DNA from: Dehalococcoidia bacterium
GTDB lineage: Bacteria; Chloroflexota; Dehalococcoidia; Lucifugimonadales; Australimonadaceae
Reading direction: 5' to 3'
Length of the DNA stretch: 64,000 nt
Assembly (NCBI GenBank): GCA_965208625.1
Contig: OZ242348.1
Location: 465,948-529,947 of the forward strand
Each line of letters starts with the position of its first letter. Within the stretch, counting starts at the first letter, position 1. The position numbers were made by a program, and so were the translations under genes. A model generated the notes under the pieces. The model did not search any database. It was not told where the DNA came from and worked only from the letters and a program-made list of their open reading frames with translations. Shown here piece after piece: positions 20,035 to 29,825 of this stretch.

Positions 20035-20952
20035 TTGACGACGCACAACGAACTGTCGCTGCATGAAGCAGCAGCCGTTACGGGAGTCACTATCGCGGAC
20101 AACAGGCTGCCCGCCAGCCGCTACGCGGACGTCGGCATCCGCCTCCACTACCTGGACTGGGGGAGCGAAGACAAGCCCTGGCTCCTCTGCCTGCACGGCG
20201 CTGCACAGAACGCTCACATGTGGGACTTCACCGCACTGGCGCTGTGCACCCGCTATCGCGTCATCGCAGTCGATCAACGAGGCCACGGTGACAGTGCATG
20301 GGCATCGAACGGGGAGTACGACCGGGCGTCCTACGTCGAAGACGTGGGGAACTTCGTAGACCACCTTGGCATGGAGAGTCTCGTCCTCGTGGGCCTGTCC
20401 ATGGGAGGGAGCAACTCGGTGGCCTACGCGGCCGCACACCCGGACAGGGTCAAGGCGCTGGTCGTCGTTGACGTCGGGCCGGAGCCAGCCCGCAGTGGTG
20501 GGCGAGCGGTGAATAACTTCGTTACCCAGAAGGACGTCCTCGACACCTACGAGGAATTCGTCCAGCGCGTCATCGAGTACAGCCCTTTCCGTCCGGAGTG
20601 GCAGATCAGGGGTTCCCTGCGGCACAGCCTCATGCAGCGACCGGACGGCAAATGGACGTGGAAGTACGACCCTGTCCTCAGAGACCCGGCCCGTCGCGCT
20701 CAACAACAAAGCGTGAGAGAAGACCCTGCGTCCCGCTGGGAACTCTGGGAACGCGTCGCGTGCCCCACGCTCGTCATCCGCGGCGAACAGAGCGACGTAC
20801 TGAGTAGCGAGGTCGCTCAGCGGATGCTGGAACGCAACGGCAACAGCCGCCTGGTCGAGGTCCCAAACGCGGGGCATCGCGTTCCCGGCGACAACCCGGT
20901 GGCGTTCGAGGAGGCCGTTCGCGCGTTCCTGGATGACGTCGACGCCCCGTAA
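20035..20952 (+). CDS. Alpha/beta hydrolase
   Basis: LHGAAQNAHMW ... VLVGLSMGG nucleophile elbow ... AGHRV. Start set at in-frame TTG 20035 because of GGAGG 6 nt upstream and no internal ATG; the start is uncertain. Confidence 0.7.
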   Translation: MTTHNELSLHEAAAVTGVTIADNRLPASRYADVGIRLHYLDWGSEDKPWLLCLHGAAQNAHMWDFTALALCTRYRVIAVDQRGHGDSAWASNGEYDRASYVEDVGNFVDHLGMESLVLVGLSMGGSNSVAYAAAHPDRVKALVVVDVGPEPARSGGRAVNNFVTQKDVLDTYEEFVQRVIEYSPFRPEWQIRGSLRHSLMQRPDGKWTWKYDPVLRDPARRAQQQSVREDPASRWELWERVACPTLVIRGEQSDVLSSEVAQRMLERNGNSRLVEVPNAGHRVPGDNPVAFEEAVRAFLDDVDAP

Positions 20953-20956
20953 CCCA

Positions 20957-23329
20957 TCAGGCTATGGCCTCGGCCTCTTCGAGCCGTCGCCGCTCCTCCG
21001 GAGACAGCTTGAGGAGCGCGTCGAACACGTAATCGTTCCCTCCCCCGAAGACTGGGCGGCCGTCCATCTGTTGCTGCCCCGGAGTCTCCGGCAGGTGGAT
21101 CGAGAGGCCGGTGACGTCCATGGGGCCTGATTCGGGATCGTCAACCGGCACGACGAAGCCCCGTTCACGGAGATGAACGTCGTAGTACACGTCCTCGCCG
21201 GTCTGCACCACGGCGGCGGGCACGCCTGCTTTCTGAAGCATGTGCATGACCTGCCTTGGTGTGAGGTCGCCGGTCCACGCTGTGATGACTTCGTCCAGCG
21301 CGTCGGCGTTCTCGATCCGTCCGGCCAGGGTTGCGAAGCGCGCGTCGTTGGCAAGGTGGGCGCGGCCCATCGTGCGGCACAGAGCTTCCCATTGCTCATC
21401 GGTCACGCACGTGATGGCGCAGTAGGAGTCGCGTCCCCGGCAGAAGTAGACGTCATAGGGCGCGGCGTCGAGCTTCCGGTTGCCGGAGGGCTGCCAGTCG
21501 CGGCTGTTGACCGAGGAGTCGAGCAGCCCCACGCCCAGCGCGGCGACGAGTGCCTCCAGCTGGGCGATCTCGATCTCCTGCCCCGCTCCGATGGCATCCC
21601 GGGCGTGGAGCGCGGCTGTCACCGCCAGGGCGCCCTGCGCGCCTCCGAGGAAATCGGGGATGGCTGCCCGCCCGCGTCGTTCCACTGGCGTGTCGGGCTG
21701 ACCCCAGATGTAGAACAGGCCCGAATCGGCCATGAGCTGCGCTCCGTGGGAAGCATTCAGCCGTCCCGGCCCGGTGCTGCCGTAGCCCGGCATGCTGAGG
21801 ACGATGATGCCCGGGTTGACCTTGCGGAGCTCCTCGTAGCCGAGGTTGAAACGCTCCAGCGTCCCCGGGCGGTAGTTGTTCACCAGGACGTCGCTCTGCT
21901 CAGCCAGACGCCTGACGAGTCCTTGCCCCTCCGGATGGTGAAGGTCGATCGTGATACTCATCTTGTTGCGGTTGAGTTCCGTGTAGATCCCGGCGCGTCC
22001 CTCCCGCTGAGTGTCGAACTTGCCGGACTCGATCTTGATGACCTCGGCGCCGTAGTCAGCGAGCAATCGCGTGCAGAAGGGGCCTGCCCATGCACGGGTC
22101 AGGTCGATGACCCGGATGCCCTTCAGTGGAGGGCCTTCGTGGCGCTCGCCTCCTGAGGCAGGTCCGCGAGAGCCGGCTCCAGCCGCCTGCAACACGTCCT
22201 CCGTGTGCTCTCCGAGGAGCGGCGCGGTACGGGAGTATCGCGGAGGCGTGGCACTCATCGTCCATGGGAAGCCGGGCATGCTGACGTCGCCCAGTTCCGG
22301 GTGCCTGACATCCTTGAACCAATTCCGCCCCAGGAGGACCGGACTGCGGCGCACGTCCGAGAACGTATTCACCGGAGCGACGGGCAATCCTCGCTTCCTT
22401 CCTCCGCTCACGAACTCCTCGGTGGTCATCGAGGCGGTGAACTCCTTGATGATCTCTTCGGCTACCTCGGCGCTCTCGCTGCGGGCCTCTGTGCTGAGCC
22501 AGTAGGGGTCCTTCAGCACGGGATGGTCTATCCATTCGACGAGTTTCTGCCACAGTTGCGCGAAGTGGATGTTCATCTGGGCGTACCCGTCCGAGCATGG
22601 GTAGCAGTTGACGCCAGCGGCATTGGTGTGGGACCCCATCCGGCGCATGATCTGCGCCGCGGCCGAGAAGCGTCCGATGGGGAAGGAGGATGCGGATGCG
22701 GTCATCGCCTCGTGTACCGACACGTCCACGTGCTGACCCCGTCCCGACTTCCGCCGGGTGTAGAGGGCCAGGAGCGTGCCCAGGGCTGCGTGGGTGCCGC
22801 CGATGTGCGTGCTGGGGTCGCCCGGTGCGGCGCAGGGATGGTCCCCTTCCTCGCCGACGTTCCACAGCCAGTCGGCCATCGCTTGTGCGATGAGGTCGCT
22901 TCCCTTCATCCCGGCATACGGCCCCACCTGGCCGAAGGGCGTAACCGAAGTAACGACGATGCCCGGGTTCGCCTGTTGCAGCATCGCATAGCCAAGGCCC
23001 CGACCTTCCAGATACCCAGGAGGGAAGTCTTCTACCAGCGCGTCCGCGCCGGACGCCAGTTGAAGCAGCCTGGTGCGGTCGTCCTGATCTTCGATGTCGA
23101 GGACAACGCTCCTCTTGTTGGAGTTGAGGTGGAGGAAGGCGAGACTTCGGTCCGGCCCGGGCAGATCCTGTGCGAAGGGCGGCGTTCTTCGCGCCGCTCC
23201 ACCATCGGGTGGCTCGATGCGAAGCACATCGGCGCCAAGATCTGCGAGGAGCCTGGTCGTGTACTGGCCCAGACCTTGAGTGAGGTCGAGGATCCGGAAG
23301 GTTCCCAGAGCGGTCTGGTCGAGTGCCAT
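20957..23329 (-). CDS. Tandem fusion of two family III CoA-transferase domains (790 aa)
   Basis: Two full CaiB-like units: FRILDLTQGLGQYTTRLLADLGADVLRIEPP and LKGIRVIDLTRAWAGPFCTRLLADYGAEVIKIES. Confidence 0.8.
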   Translation of the reverse strand: MALDQTALGTFRILDLTQGLGQYTTRLLADLGADVLRIEPPDGGAARRTPPFAQDLPGPDRSLAFLHLNSNKRSVVLDIEDQDDRTRLLQLASGADALVEDFPPGYLEGRGLGYAMLQQANPGIVVTSVTPFGQVGPYAGMKGSDLIAQAMADWLWNVGEEGDHPCAAPGDPSTHIGGTHAALGTLLALYTRRKSGRGQHVDVSVHEAMTASASSFPIGRFSAAAQIMRRMGSHTNAAGVNCYPCSDGYAQMNIHFAQLWQKLVEWIDHPVLKDPYWLSTEARSESAEVAEEIIKEFTASMTTEEFVSGGRKRGLPVAPVNTFSDVRRSPVLLGRNWFKDVRHPELGDVSMPGFPWTMSATPPRYSRTAPLLGEHTEDVLQAAGAGSRGPASGGERHEGPPLKGIRVIDLTRAWAGPFCTRLLADYGAEVIKIESGKFDTQREGRAGIYTELNRNKMSITIDLHHPEGQGLVRRLAEQSDVLVNNYRPGTLERFNLGYEELRKVNPGIIVLSMPGYGSTGPGRLNASHGAQLMADSGLFYIWGQPDTPVERRGRAAIPDFLGGAQGALAVTAALHARDAIGAGQEIEIAQLEALVAALGVGLLDSSVNSRDWQPSGNRKLDAAPYDVYFCRGRDSYCAITCVTDEQWEALCRTMGRAHLANDARFATLAGRIENADALDEVITAWTGDLTPRQVMHMLQKAGVPAAVVQTGEDVYYDVHLRERGFVVPVDDPESGPMDVTGLSIHLPETPGQQQMDGRPVFGGGNDYVFDALLKLSPEERRRLEEAEAIA

Positions 23330-23399
23330 TCGCCAACTCCTATCCGTGATCCTGGTCGACGAGGAACGCTGCGTTCCTCGCTCGCCTGCCTGGCCGGGG

Positions 23400-23828
23400 T
23401 CAGCCCGAAAGTTGGAATTTAGGCAGGGTAAACTCCGGCGTGACGTCGTCCCAGACCACCTCGACGCGCGCTCCGATCTCGATGCTGTCGTGGTCGCAGT
23501 TGACGATGTTCGTGTTCATCCGCCATCCCTCTTCCAGTTCCACGATGGCCAGCACGTAGGGGACTTCGTCGGCGAACCCTGGGTGCGCCGGTTGGTAGGA
23601 GATGGTGTAGGAGTAGACCCATCCCCTGCCGGTTGATTCCACCCATTCCAGGGTTCCGACGCCGAAGCACTCCGGGCCCGGACAGACGTCGCGAGGGTAG
23701 AACACCCGTGTGCCGCATGACCGGCAGCGTTGGTATACCAACCGGTGCTCCTTTGTGGCATCCCAGAAGGGCTGGCTCACGGCGCTGGGGGTGGGCAAGG
23801 GCTTGTTGTATGCGGGTTCACTCGTCAT
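23400..23828 (-). CDS. DUF35 OB-fold/zinc-ribbon protein (thiolase partner)
   Basis: CRSCGTRVFYPRDVCPGPEC rubredoxin-like ribbon followed by an OB-fold region. Confidence 0.8.
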   Translation of the reverse strand: MTSEPAYNKPLPTPSAVSQPFWDATKEHRLVYQRCRSCGTRVFYPRDVCPGPECFGVGTLEWVESTGRGWVYSYTISYQPAHPGFADEVPYVLAIVELEEGWRMNTNIVNCDHDSIEIGARVEVVWDDVTPEFTLPKFQLSG

Positions 23829-23851
23829 CGCGCGTTCCTGGCTCGGCTCGC

Positions 23852-25045
23852 CTACAGCGTTGCTTCGCCGCCGAGCAGCATCGCTGACTGCTGTGAGAAT
23901 GCGCCTCCGGAACCGGTGACGTAGACCAAGTCGGTCGGCCCCGGCACCTGGTGCTCGCCGCCGTCCCGCCGGATCTGCCTGACAGACTCGGTGACCTGGG
24001 CGCAGCCTCCTGCGGTCGAAGCCTGACCGTAGGACAGCTGGCCTCCGTGCGTGTTCATGGGCTTGTCCCCCTTGAACGTCAGGTCGTGCGCCGCTATCCA
24101 GTCCGCGGCCTCACCCTTTTTGCAGAAGCCGGACTCTTCCAACTCGCACATCACGGTGATGGTGAACGAGTCGTATATCTCCATCACCTGAACGTCGGAC
24201 GGCCCGTAGCCTGCCATGGAGAACGCCTTCTCCGCTCCGCGCCCCACGGGGCTGACCGTAATCTCTCCGACGTGCGTCAGGTTGCCCCGCAGTATCCCGA
24301 GGCCGCCGCCGAGGATGTAGGCCGGTTTATGCGGCATGCTCTGCGCGATATCCGCACTGGTGACGACGAAAGCGCACCCCCCGGCGCACGGCATGACGCA
24401 CTCCAGCAGGTGCAGCGGGTCCGCCACGATGCGGGAGTTCACCACGTCGTCCACCGTGATGGGAGTGTCGTGGAATATCGCCATCGGATTGTGGTTGGCG
24501 TTGTAGCGGAAGTCGACGGACACCTTTGCGCGCTTCTCCACGGTGGCCCCGTACAGCGCCTCGTACCGCTTGGCGATCATTGCGTACCAGCCGTTCGCCG
24601 CGACTGTTGGGCCGAACGGCGCCTGGAACTCCGTGGTGGCGGTCTCGGTCCGCCCACCGGCTGGGGGCCTGCGGCGCATCGCCGGGTCTATGGCCGCGCC
24701 CATGCCGCACAGAACGTACCTCGCCAGTCCGGCCTTGATGTAGGCGGCAGCCTGCAGCGCCATCGCAACCCCTGCCGCGCCCTGCGCGTCGCAGCCCGTC
24801 GCCCAGGTGGGATAGATGCCCATGTACTCGGCCATCCGGGCCGCGTAGCCCCCGCCGCTCCCCACGGCCAACTCCGGGTCGACGATCATTCCGTCGATGT
24901 CAGCCTTCGTAAGCCCGGCATCCTGAATCGCCAGGTACGCGGCCTCAGCCAGCAGGCTCATCGCGTCTCTGCCGGGGCGGGTGCGCTCCGGCTTCAACTC
25001 CCCTATACCCACTATCGCGGCTGCGCCGCGGAGGCTGTCATCCAT
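23852..25045 (-). CDS. Thiolase-like (SCP-x/Ltp-type) protein
   Basis: 397 aa, thiolase fold with a C-terminal GGxxSxGxxxGxxG-like region. Directly upstream of the DUF35 gene, which is the usual pairing. Confidence 0.8.
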   Translation of the reverse strand: MDDSLRGAAAIVGIGELKPERTRPGRDAMSLLAEAAYLAIQDAGLTKADIDGMIVDPELAVGSGGGYAARMAEYMGIYPTWATGCDAQGAAGVAMALQAAAYIKAGLARYVLCGMGAAIDPAMRRRPPAGGRTETATTEFQAPFGPTVAANGWYAMIAKRYEALYGATVEKRAKVSVDFRYNANHNPMAIFHDTPITVDDVVNSRIVADPLHLLECVMPCAGGCAFVVTSADIAQSMPHKPAYILGGGLGILRGNLTHVGEITVSPVGRGAEKAFSMAGYGPSDVQVMEIYDSFTITVMCELEESGFCKKGEAADWIAAHDLTFKGDKPMNTHGGQLSYGQASTAGGCAQVTESVRQIRRDGGEHQVPGPTDLVYVTGSGGAFSQQSAMLLGGEATL

Positions 25046-25338
25046 CGGAGTGACCTTCGCTTACCCCACTCTCAACAAACGGGCGCCGTACCTGTGTGGA
25101 ACTCCCAACTCCGTGTGCGGGGCTGTCCGCACCGTCAGAGGTGGGACGACGGTGGCAATCTATATTTCGGGTACAGGAGAGTCAAACCGCCCATCACTCG
25201 GAATTCATTCGCGGGTAACTTGCTGTGTGCTGCAAAGCCCTGGCCGACAACCGACCTGGCTCGTAGCCTTCGCCGGGTTGAGACTCCGGGCAATGCAGGG
25301 GAGGGTGGTTCCCAGCGCTATGGTCTCCCGGCAAGCCG

Positions 25339-25842
25339 TCACTCCGCCGGGATCGACAACCCCTCGATGAACTCCAGACCCGGCAGCTTCTCCAGCTCCC
25401 GGGGCGCCATCATCAGCTTGCCGGACCTGCTGCCTGCTCCGAGGATGATGTAGTCCATCTCGAGGAGGCGCACGTCAGCGTAGATCGGTAACCCCTCCGG
25501 AAGCGCCAGTGCCGTAACCCCGCCGATCATCATCCCCGTCACTTCACGGGTCTCCTCTGCCGATGCGAACGACGCCCGCGACACCCCCATCAGGCCGCGC
25601 ACTCGCTTGTTCACGTCCAGCCGGTCGCACGCCCGCACGATCCCCGCACAATACGCCGCCGGTCCCCGCTTGCTGGCCACGATGATCGTGTTGGCGGAAT
25701 GGGGTAGGTCATACCCGTACCGTTCGCAGAAGTCCGCAGTGTCGGCGTACTGCGGATCGATCGTGATCCACTCCCAGCTTGCGATGCCCAATCCGTCCAG
25801 CGCTACGCGAACTCGCCCTTCGATGTCTTCAGGTGTACTCAT
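25339..25842 (-). CDS. YbaK/ProX-type aminoacyl-tRNA editing (deacylase) domain protein
   Basis: 167 aa with TIIVASK ... VTGMMIGGVTALAL pattern. Confidence 0.65.
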   Translation of the reverse strand: MSTPEDIEGRVRVALDGLGIASWEWITIDPQYADTADFCERYGYDLPHSANTIIVASKRGPAAYCAGIVRACDRLDVNKRVRGLMGVSRASFASAEETREVTGMMIGGVTALALPEGLPIYADVRLLEMDYIILGAGSRSGKLMMAPRELEKLPGLEFIEGLSIPAE

Positions 25843-26005
25843 GGTGCCGTCCCGTGTAGTGGTACAGGGCCTTCCCGGAACTTCCGGTTGCGCTGCTCTT
25901 GCTCAACCGAACCCGATTGCCGATTCTACAATCGTTCCGATTGCGTACCCCGCAGAGCCCGCATCGAACTCGACTGTCAAGGAGCACCGCAACGTTTGGG
26001 TGTTG

Positions 26006-26365
26006 TCTCGCGGGCAGGGCGAGAGTACGTCCTCGCAGACATCGTGGGCGCTCATCGCGGCGGGTGAAGCGCTCAGCTAGTCCGTCGAGCGGGGCGTCGA
26101 GTTCCTCCTCCAGCGTCAGCAGGACGACGGAACGTGGGACGAGCCGCAGTTCACGGGGTGCGGCTTTCCCGGCTACGGCCCCGGCAACCAGCCCGAGAGG
26201 TACGAGCCGCTCGACGACCCGAACTCGCAGGGGCTGGAACTGAGTGCTGAGTTCATGATCAACTGCCGCCTCTATCGCAACTACTTACCGCTCTGGGCGC
26301 TGGGGCGTCTAGCCGACCCGCCCCGGCCTGCGCGCGTGGCCTGCGCGTTTGCGGCCTGTCCGTGA
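26006..26365 (+). pseudogene. shc: 3' remnant of a squalene-hopene cyclase gene (last ~110 codons) with an in-frame TAG at 26078..26080
   Basis: GQGESTSSQTSWALIAAGEALS*SVERGVEFLLQRQQDDGTWDEPQFTGCGFPG ... FMINCRLYRNYLPLWALGRL parallels the SHC C-terminus STPSQTAWAL ... QxxDGGWDEPYYTGTGFPGDFYLxYxxYRxxFPxxALGRY (QW motif). No upstream body of the gene is present. Confidence 0.7.
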
Positions 26366-27395
26366 GTGAATCGTTGCCGTGCAACCCCCCGAATGTGAGG
26401 CGGCGGAGCCTGCTCACAGAGAACGCACCCTACGGCCACCAGAAAGTCATTGCAACGTAATAGTTTTTCCTTTTAAAGTCACCCTATTTTCATCTCAAAG
26501 GGCGTATATTGGAGTGTGTCGGCCGCACACAGGCAGCTCTGCATGGGCGGCCGTGGCGAGAAGATGAATGAGCGTTACTTGTACGCCCCGCTGGCCGGCG
26601 GAGTACCTGCCGCGGGGAATCGAGGCTTCGTGGGGGGAGTGCAGGGACTGGGCTCTCCCCACGGGGGACCTCCTGGGCATGAGGTGAAACTGCCCACCTG
26701 GTGAACTGTCCCGTTCGGCCACACGGGTGCTCACGCAGTGGCCGCGCGGTGGCTTCGTTTGGGACCGATCAGGGGGTTGCATTGCTCGACGTGTTGCTCA
26801 CAGCGATGGCGGGCATCGTGATAGGGGCTGTGCTGCTTATCGGCGGCCTCGTTATACATGCACGGCGTCAACGGCATTGAAGCCGTTGCTCGGAGCAGCC
26901 GGCGCTCGCCCGATCCTCAGTCCCGGGTGGATGGGGGAACCGTTAGACCGCCCAAGCGGCCGCTGCCCCGTCGCTCATCGGTCCTGAACCTCCTTACACA
27001 TCGTTCGCTCTGCGACCGGAGCGCAGCCCCGGCTCAAACCCTTCGCATTCGACGCACTACAAGCACGTAGTCCCCGGGACCGGAAACCACGGCCCGCCGC
27101 GCCGGTGAGTGTTGCCAATGCCAGTGTCTCCACGTGGTTCACTGGTCCTCTTCGGACGCATCCCTGGCCAGGGCCTGCCCGTTGCAATCCGGCGCCGTTC
27201 ACGCGTACAGGGAGGTTGCGTCACTGCGGCAAGCGTATCGATCTGTGCTGGACGAACGATGGCCATGGCGGTGACATAGGGGTGACTTCACGAGCGTGAT
27301 TAGATTACAGTATGGTGACACTACGGAATGAGGCGGTCACACCCGCTGTGCTAACCAGCACCTAACGCGGAGTGCAACGTCAGGGAGGCGAGCGA

Positions 27396-29768
27396 GTGAC
27401 ACAACAGGACGAACAAGCCCGGGAGATAGAAGCGCTGCGGGACCGCCTCTCGAAACTGAGCGAGGCGAGCCTCCGCATAAACGAGAACCTGGACCTCGAC
27501 GCGGTGTTGGGGGGAGTCCTGGACAGCGCCCGGTCACTGACGGGGGCCCACTATGCGGTCATCACTACCTTTGACGATTCCGGGAGGCTGGAGGATCACG
27601 TAGCGGCAGGAATGACTGCTGAAGAGGCTGCGCAGCTGTGGGAGATGCCCTACGGCGAGAGGTTCCACGATTACCTCAATGCCATGGCAACGCCTCTGCG
27701 TGTCGCAGACCTCACAAGTTTCCTCGAAGCGATGGGATTGCCGGAGTTCCACCCGCCCGTAACGATCAGCGCCTGCATGGCCGCTCCCCTCCTCCACCGG
27801 GGCGTCGCTGTGGGCCATGTCTACGTGGGGAAGCGAGACCCCGGCGATGAATTCAGTCGCCAGGATGAAGAAACCCTGGTCTTGTTCGCTTTGCTGGTGG
27901 CGCTGGTGATCGCCAACGCCCGCAGGCACCGGGAAGAGCAGCGGGCCAGGACCAACGTGGAGACGTTGATAGACACCTCTCCGGTCGCCGTAGTGGTCTT
28001 TGACGTGGCAGCGGGAGCCCTGAAGTCGTTCAACCAGGAAGCCCGCAGGATGTTCAACTATCTTCGGAACACTGAACAGACGCCGGAGCAACTGCTGGAG
28101 TCGCTTCTGTTCAAGCGTGCGGACGGGCGCGAGATCTTCCTGCGCGATTTCTCGATGGGCGAGCTCCTGAGCATCGGAGAGACGGTGCGCGCAGAGGAGA
28201 TCGTCCTGGAGGTCCCTGACGGAAGGCACATTACGGGCCTGCTCAACGCAACACCCATCCACGCCGACGATGGTACGATCGAGTCGATGGTCGTCACCGT
28301 TCAGGACATGGCTGAAGTCGAGGAGATGGAACGGCTGCGCGCGGAGTTCCTGGGCATGGTCAGCCACGAACTACGGACACCGCTGACCTCTATCAGGGGA
28401 GCGGCGACGACCATGCTGGACACTTCATCGGAATTCGATCCCACTGAGGTGCGCCAGCTCATGCGGATCATCGTCGATCAAGCCGACAGCATGCGCGAGC
28501 TTATCGGTGGTCTGCTCGACGTAGCGCGCATCGAGACAGGCTCCCTGTCGGTCAGCCCCGAACCGGTTGACGTGGCCGGGCTGGTGGACCGGGCCAGGAC
28601 CACCTTCCTGAGCGGGGGCGGCAGGAATCTCCTCGAGATCGACCTCGGAGCGGACCTGCCCATCGTCATGGCGGACAGACGCCGCATCGTCCAGGTCATC
28701 GGCAACCTGCTTTCCAACGCCTCGAGGCGTTCCCCGGAATCGTCGGTGATCAGGTTGAATGCCGCCAGGGAGGGGGTATACGTAGCGGTATCCGTGGTGG
28801 ACGAAGGGAGCGGCATCACGGCTGAGCGGCTGCCTTACCTGTTCCGCAAGTTCTCAAGGAACGAGGCCGAGGAGCAGGGAGGAGACACCGGCCTTGGTCT
28901 CGCCATATGCAAGGGGATAGTTGAAGCCCACGGCGGGCGCATATGGGCGGAGAGCGACGGACCGGGACTCGGCGCTCGATTCACCTTCACCCTCCCAGTG
29001 GTCGAAGAGACTGCGAACCAGCTCCACCGGTTCCCCGTATCCTCACGGTCGAGGAGGGGTGTAAATGAGCCCATCCTCGTCGTGGACGACGACCCGCAGG
29101 CGTTGACGTATGTTCGGAACGCGCTCACGGATGCCGGCTACAGCGCGATAGTGTCCTCCGATCCCGAGGAGACTCTGAGCCTCGTGAAGGAGAGTGGGGC
29201 CCGCCTCGTCCTTCTTGACCTCATGCTGCCGGGCTACGATGGGATCGAGCTGATGAAGGACATCCTCAGTACGGCCAACATCCCCGTCATCTTCCTATCC
29301 GCCTACGGCAAGGACCACGTTATCGCTCAGGCTTTCGAGGCCGGAGCGACCGACTACATCGTCAAACCCTTCTCCCCGACCGAGCTCGCCGCGAGGGTCA
29401 GGGCGGCCCTTCGAAGGCAGAGTGGACGCTACCTGGACGAACCGTCGGAACCCTACGTGGCGGGCGATCTGACCATCGACTACTCCGAGCGCCTCGTGAC
29501 CCTGGCAGGCCGTCCTGTACGACTGACCGCCACGGAGTACAGCCTGCTCTTCCAGCTCTCAGTCAACGCAGGGCGGGTGCTAACGCACGACCAGTTGCTG
29601 CGAAGGGCCTGGCGTTCCGAAAAGCCCGGCGACATGCAAGCCCTCCGCGCTCACGTGAGGAGGCTCCGCCAGAAACTGGGAGAGGACGGAAGCTCCCCCA
29701 CCTACATCTTCGCGGAGCCTCGGGTCGGCTATCGTATGCCCAAGGCGGAGAACCAGGGCCGGGAGTAG
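27396..29768 (+). CDS. Cytoplasmic hybrid sensor with GAF, PAS, HisKA, HATPase, REC and OmpR-type winged-helix DNA-binding domains in one polypeptide
   Basis: SHELRTPLTSI H-box, N/G1/G2 boxes (NLLSNASR, DEGSGI, GLGLAICK), REC (VVDDD ... LLDLMLPGYDG ... KPF), then Trans_reg_C (LTATEYSLLFQL ... VGYRM). GTG 27396 preferred because AGGGAGG lies 7 nt upstream. Confidence 0.85.
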   Translation: MTQQDEQAREIEALRDRLSKLSEASLRINENLDLDAVLGGVLDSARSLTGAHYAVITTFDDSGRLEDHVAAGMTAEEAAQLWEMPYGERFHDYLNAMATPLRVADLTSFLEAMGLPEFHPPVTISACMAAPLLHRGVAVGHVYVGKRDPGDEFSRQDEETLVLFALLVALVIANARRHREEQRARTNVETLIDTSPVAVVVFDVAAGALKSFNQEARRMFNYLRNTEQTPEQLLESLLFKRADGREIFLRDFSMGELLSIGETVRAEEIVLEVPDGRHITGLLNATPIHADDGTIESMVVTVQDMAEVEEMERLRAEFLGMVSHELRTPLTSIRGAATTMLDTSSEFDPTEVRQLMRIIVDQADSMRELIGGLLDVARIETGSLSVSPEPVDVAGLVDRARTTFLSGGGRNLLEIDLGADLPIVMADRRRIVQVIGNLLSNASRRSPESSVIRLNAAREGVYVAVSVVDEGSGITAERLPYLFRKFSRNEAEEQGGDTGLGLAICKGIVEAHGGRIWAESDGPGLGARFTFTLPVVEETANQLHRFPVSSRSRRGVNEPILVVDDDPQALTYVRNALTDAGYSAIVSSDPEETLSLVKESGARLVLLDLMLPGYDGIELMKDILSTANIPVIFLSAYGKDHVIAQAFEAGATDYIVKPFSPTELAARVRAALRRQSGRYLDEPSEPYVAGDLTIDYSERLVTLAGRPVRLTATEYSLLFQLSVNAGRVLTHDQLLRRAWRSEKPGDMQALRAHVRRLRQKLGEDGSSPTYIFAEPRVGYRMPKAENQGRE

Positions 29769-29825
29769 GGGCGAGCAGGCCTCGCCCGGAGCACACCGAC
29801 TCGTCGTGAGGCAGGACGATGCCTG

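Noticed and set aside
26690-26760. GCCACTG (minus strand) and nearby GC-rich helices resembling part of a cobalamin riboswitch
   Set aside because: Only the short GCCACTG core is present. I could not find the B12-box or the conserved junction sequences, and the downstream minus-strand gene (ybaK-like) is not a plausible B12-regulated target.
26782-26880. 32-codon hydrophobic ORF (TTG start after AGGGGG; LLDVLLTAMAGIVIGAVLLIGGLVIHARRQRH) in the gene-poor region
   Set aside because: It has a non-ATG start and sits within a probably decayed region. There is no supporting terminator or promoter, and I cannot test conservation. The evidence is too weak to call.
29769-29787. Hairpin GGGCGAG-caggc-CTCGCCC between the convergent kinase genes as an intrinsic terminator
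   Set aside because: The stem is plausible but there is no U-tract on either strand. It may still act as a terminator in a high-GC organism, but I cannot support the call.
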